In this document: in pieces, positions 60,614 through 64,000 of the stretch | Numbering within the stretch: position 1 is the first letter of the stretch | Layout of the letters: every line of letters starts with the position of its first letter | NCBI GenBank assembly: GCA_028344855.1 | Contig: JAOMCC010000001.1 | Location: 1,595 to 65,594 of the forward strand | Reading direction: 5' to 3' | Source of the DNA: Nitrosomonadales bacterium | GTDB taxonomy: Bacteria > Pseudomonadota > Gammaproteobacteria > Burkholderiales > Methylophilaceae | DNA: 64,000 nucleotides | The notes under the pieces: generated by a model | What the model was told of the DNA's origin: nothing | The model's input: the letters and a program-made list of their open reading frames with translations, nothing else | The model's database searches: none | Position numbers and translations under genes: made by a program

Positions 60614-61888
60614 TTAATGCCAAAAATCTTGATACGTAGAATTTGGATCATAAGTCTTTTTTTGTTTTTCAATATTAAAATACCTTCCTCCACGAGGATC
60701 TGCTCCAAATCCTGAAATATATAACCAATTTCCTAGATTACTATAGATATCATAATCAATGAGTTGGGATTCAAACCATGCAGCACCAGCCCTCCAGTCA
60801 CAAGCTAAATCATTTACAAGATAGCTTGCAACTATTTGTCGCATTCTATTTGATAGAAACCCAGTTTGTTTGAGTTCATTCATACCTGCATTAATAAAAT
60901 TATTTTGAGTTTTTCCTTCTGTCCATAATTTAAACTTATTATCATCATGATTTATATTTTTTTGTGATGAATTAAGATCAGTAATATAAAAAATCTTTTC
61001 TCTATTTTTGATCATAGAAAATCTAAAATAATCACGCCAGAGTAATTCAAAAAATATCCAATAGGTACTTTCATTTTTTATTACTTTATCTTCATATTTT
61101 TTTAGATAGAAAAATATCTGCCTTGCTGAAATGTAACCCATAGCTAGCCAAGGCGAAAACTTTGTTGAAAAATTTTGACCCATTAATTGATTTCTAGTTT
61201 CTTTATAAATTTTGGGTTTATCTGTCTCAAAATAATCAATTAAATATGATACGCCTGATTTTTCTCCTCCTCTAAATTCTTGATTAGAAATCGGGAAAGA
61301 ACTTTTTTTGTAATTTGTAGAATTAACTTTTAATATAATAGATTGATTATCTGTAATAGAGTTAATATTAAATATTTCTTTTGTGATTTTTTTTGGCTTA
61401 TTAGGCTTAATCCCTTTAATCTCTATTAACTTTCTAAAGTTAGAAAAAACATCAGGTAGTTCTTCTAGAGAAAAAGGTAGTTGTTCTTGAATATATAGTG
61501 ATGATTGCCAAATTTGATTTACGTTAATATTCATATCTTTAAGTACTTTTACTTTTTTAAGCTCATCAACTGCTAAAATGGATTCACAAAAAATACTATT
61601 TATTTGGTATTTTTTGACCAGCATATTTAAAATATTGACAGAATCCTCTATGTATTCATTCAAAGAATGTCCAAATTTATTTAATTCTTTTTTTAAATCC
61701 TGAAGACCTTGAGATAAAAATAGCTTTCGGTGTTCTGACATCTTCTTAAAACCCCAAGAGCAATTTTTTTCATTCTCGATATCATGAACATAAACAAATA
61801 AAATTTCATCGGACTCTTGTAATGCTATATTTAGTGACAGATTATCATTCAATCTAAGATCATTTCTAAACCAATATATAGATTTCAT
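60614..61888 (-). CDS. DASH-family cryptochrome
   Basis: WFRNDLRL.DN, YKETRN, STKFSPWLA.G, NESTYW..FELLWRDYF, MRQ.VAS, G.GADPRG.R.FN. Confidence 0.9.
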   Translation of the reverse strand: MKSIYWFRNDLRLNDNLSLNIALQESDEILFVYVHDIENEKNCSWGFKKMSEHRKLFLSQGLQDLKKELNKFGHSLNEYIEDSVNILNMLVKKYQINSIFCESILAVDELKKVKVLKDMNINVNQIWQSSLYIQEQLPFSLEELPDVFSNFRKLIEIKGIKPNKPKKITKEIFNINSITDNQSIILKVNSTNYKKSSFPISNQEFRGGEKSGVSYLIDYFETDKPKIYKETRNQLMGQNFSTKFSPWLAMGYISARQIFFYLKKYEDKVIKNESTYWIFFELLWRDYFRFSMIKNREKIFYITDLNSSQKNINHDDNKFKLWTEGKTQNNFINAGMNELKQTGFLSNRMRQIVASYLVNDLACDWRAGAAWFESQLIDYDIYSNLGNWLYISGFGADPRGGRYFNIEKQKKTYDPNSTYQDFWH

Positions 61889-61990
61889 TTTATTCTCGAA
61901 TCATTCTAGAATGTAAATACTAGTAAAGACTCTTAATTTGATTTCTAGTTCAGTTAAGAAAAATAATTCTAGACAAATTTATGATGGTTT

Positions 61991-62353
61991 TTAATTTATA
62001 AAGTCTGGCCGAATAAGTTCACATTTACCTTTGAAGTGATAAGGTCTTTCCCAGCCTCTTATAATTTCAATTTCACCTGTATTTCTATTTATATGAAATG
62101 AAAATCCAATTGAACCATCAGTATCCATCTCTTTCATAGTGACGGTATCTTTATCGACATTTAAAAAATGATTACCATGCATTCGATGAACCAAGGTATT
62201 ACTTTTAATATTAATCATTTCAACAGCTGGTTCTTTCCCACATTTTAAATTCTCACAATAAATATCAGAATTACCTTTACAAATTAAATTTACGCTAAGA
62301 GCTTCAGCAAAAATCAAATTAGAAATAAATAAAAGAAGTAGAATTCTTTTCAT
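61991..62353 (-). CDS. Exported hypothetical protein
   Basis: Signal peptide from MKRILL; I.R.TG...G.C pattern. Confidence 0.6.
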   Translation of the reverse strand: MKRILLLLFISNLIFAEALSVNLICKGNSDIYCENLKCGKEPAVEMINIKSNTLVHRMHGNHFLNVDKDTVTMKEMDTDGSIGFSFHINRNTGEIEIIRGWERPYHFKGKCELIRPDFIN

Positions 62354-62447
62354 TAAATTAAATAATACGTTTAGGTTAATATCCAAATCTTAACTTAGCT
62401 AAAGTATAATATCTAGATAAATAAAGAAGGCTGTTAGAATAAAATAG

Positions 62448-63884
62448 ATGAAAAAACAGGCTTACAAAAAAATTGGGTTTTGGATTGGATTAGTATTATT
62501 TTTTCTTATTTTAGTTAGCCCTGCTCCTCAAACAATTTCTATAGAGGCTTGGCATGTTGCAGCAGTTGCTCTTTTAATGGCTGCATGGTGGGGTACAGAA
62601 GCAATTCCATTGCCTGTAACAGCTCTTTTACCATTAGCATTATTTCCATTACTTCAAATTACAGATTTTAAAACTGCCGCTACTTCTTATGCAAACCCAA
62701 ATATTTTTTTATTTATGGGGGGCTTTATATTAGCTCTAGCAATTCAATCTTCAGGGCTTCATAAAAGACTAGCATTAACTGTTATTGGAGTAATAAGTAA
62801 TTCGGCAGCTAATTTAGTTGGTGCATTTATGGGAATTTCCTTTTTTATAAGTATGTGGGTAATGAATACATCTACCACATTAATGCTTTTACCTATTTGT
62901 TTAGCTATTTGTTCTAATATCAAAGAAAGTCTTCAAGTAATATCTAAAAAAGAATTTAATAATTTTGAAATATCTCTACTCCTAGGTACTGCATATGCTG
63001 CATCAATTGGAGGAATGTCAAGTTTAGTTGGAACTGCTCCCAATATTGTTTTTGCTGGATTTATGCAAGAAAATTTTTCTATTGAAATTTCATTTCTTAG
63101 CTGGATGAAAGTAGCATTACCAATAGGATTAATTATGGTTATAAGTGCATTTGTAATTTTAACTAAATTTATTTATCCATTGAATTTTACATTTAATAAA
63201 ACTGCCAGAAAAAAAATTAATTTAACTTTAAACAAATTGGGACCTATAAGTAAAGATGAAAAAAAAGTATTTTTAGTTTTTATTATTACAGCTTTATTAT
63301 GGGTAACACGAACATATCTTATTGAATATAAAATTTTTACAGGCCTCACAGATGCTGGAATAGCAATAATTGCAGCAATTAGCTTATTTATTATTCCATC
63401 ACAAAATAAAAAAACTGAGTTACTAGTTTGGAATGAAGCAAAAAAATTACCTTGGGGGCTACTTATTCTTTTTGGTGGTGGGCTATCACTTGCAAAAGCA
63501 ATTAATAGCTCAGGTTTAGGTCAATGGTTAGGTGAAGCATTTATTTTAGCAATTAATTTTAAACCATGGGTTTTAGTTCTGTTGATTGTGACTTTTATTA
63601 TATTCTTAACTGAACTTACTTCTAACACAGCTACTACATCTACTTTTTTACCAATTGTAGCTTCTATTGCTGTTGCATTATCAGTATCACCTTCAAGTAT
63701 AGCCATACCCTTAGTATTAGCATCAAGTCTAGCTTTTATGCTTCCTGTAGCTACGCCCCCAAATGCAATTGTTTATGGCTCAGGTAAATTAACTATTAAA
63801 AATATGATAAAAGCTGGATTTATTTTAAATTTAATCGGAATAATAATTATTTCATTAGCTTTTAATTTTATTTTTAAAAGTTGA
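62448..63884 (+). CDS. SLC13/DASS-family sodium:anion symporter
   Basis: WW.TEAIP, SMW..NT.T, GTAPN, TE..SNTA, AFMLPVATPPNAI. Confidence 0.93.
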   Translation: MKKQAYKKIGFWIGLVLFFLILVSPAPQTISIEAWHVAAVALLMAAWWGTEAIPLPVTALLPLALFPLLQITDFKTAATSYANPNIFLFMGGFILALAIQSSGLHKRLALTVIGVISNSAANLVGAFMGISFFISMWVMNTSTTLMLLPICLAICSNIKESLQVISKKEFNNFEISLLLGTAYAASIGGMSSLVGTAPNIVFAGFMQENFSIEISFLSWMKVALPIGLIMVISAFVILTKFIYPLNFTFNKTARKKINLTLNKLGPISKDEKKVFLVFIITALLWVTRTYLIEYKIFTGLTDAGIAIIAAISLFIIPSQNKKTELLVWNEAKKLPWGLLILFGGGLSLAKAINSSGLGQWLGEAFILAINFKPWVLVLLIVTFIIFLTELTSNTATTSTFLPIVASIAVALSVSPSSIAIPLVLASSLAFMLPVATPPNAIVYGSGKLTIKNMIKAGFILNLIGIIIISLAFNFIFKS

Positions 63885-64000
63885 TCAGATTATTGTTTTT
63901 GGAGGCAGATCATCCTGGTAACGTTCATAAATTTCTTGATATCCATTCTCAATATCTTGAGTAAATTTTTTTGTATTAAATAGATCTAAGGTTTTTTTAT
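63885..64000 (-). CDS. C-terminal end of a probable O-GlcNAc-transferase-like (GT41/TPR) protein, cut by the window edge
   Basis: Manual translation ...LFNTKKFTQDIENGYQEIYERYQDDLPPKTII*, matching the LF.T..F...E..Y....RY...LPP tail. Confidence 0.6.
   Translation of the reverse strand, partial: KKTLDLFNTKKFTQDIENGYQEIYERYQDDLPPKTII

Overview
AT-rich, streamlined betaproteobacterial chromosome segment, most likely Methylophilaceae of the OM43 type (inferred from gene order and protein style, not from a marker gene). 1-18 kb is housekeeping: lpxA-lpxB-rnhB, a tetrapyrrole-methylase-family gene, maf, two-subunit pyruvate carboxylase, rpmF-plsX-fabHDG-acpP-fabF-pabC-mltG-tmk-holB-tatD. 18-27 kb is accessory metabolism around tRNA-Lys(CTT): DUF1097, an orphan molybdopterin oxidoreductase, a secreted HDAC-family deacetylase, LysR/mmsA, a beta-propeller and atoE. 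This block ends at a XerCD dif site (27478-27505), so the window likely spans the terminus region. smc-zipA-ligA and queF follow. From tRNA-Ala(GGC) (35252) to about 48 kb there is an integrase-less array of gene cassettes separated by degenerate copies of the tRNA 3' end and other direct repeats. It carries a CsoR/HMA/MerT-like metal cassette, an uninterrupted but apparently catalytically dead HTH-C5-methyltransferase coupled to an orphan ORF, phage-like small ORFs, an NgoPII/HaeIII-type (GGCC) R-M pair, ggt, DoxX and a 2OG-oxygenase/methyltransferase pair. 48-64 kb holds a c-type cytochrome with no standard start codon (probable ATT start) upstream of a PQQ-dependent dehydrogenase, peptide/sulfur genes, a Trx-MsrB fusion, two cryptochrome/photolyase genes and a DASS transporter. 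The best candidates for something undescribed are the pseudo-methyltransferase module and the repeat-delimited cassette array.
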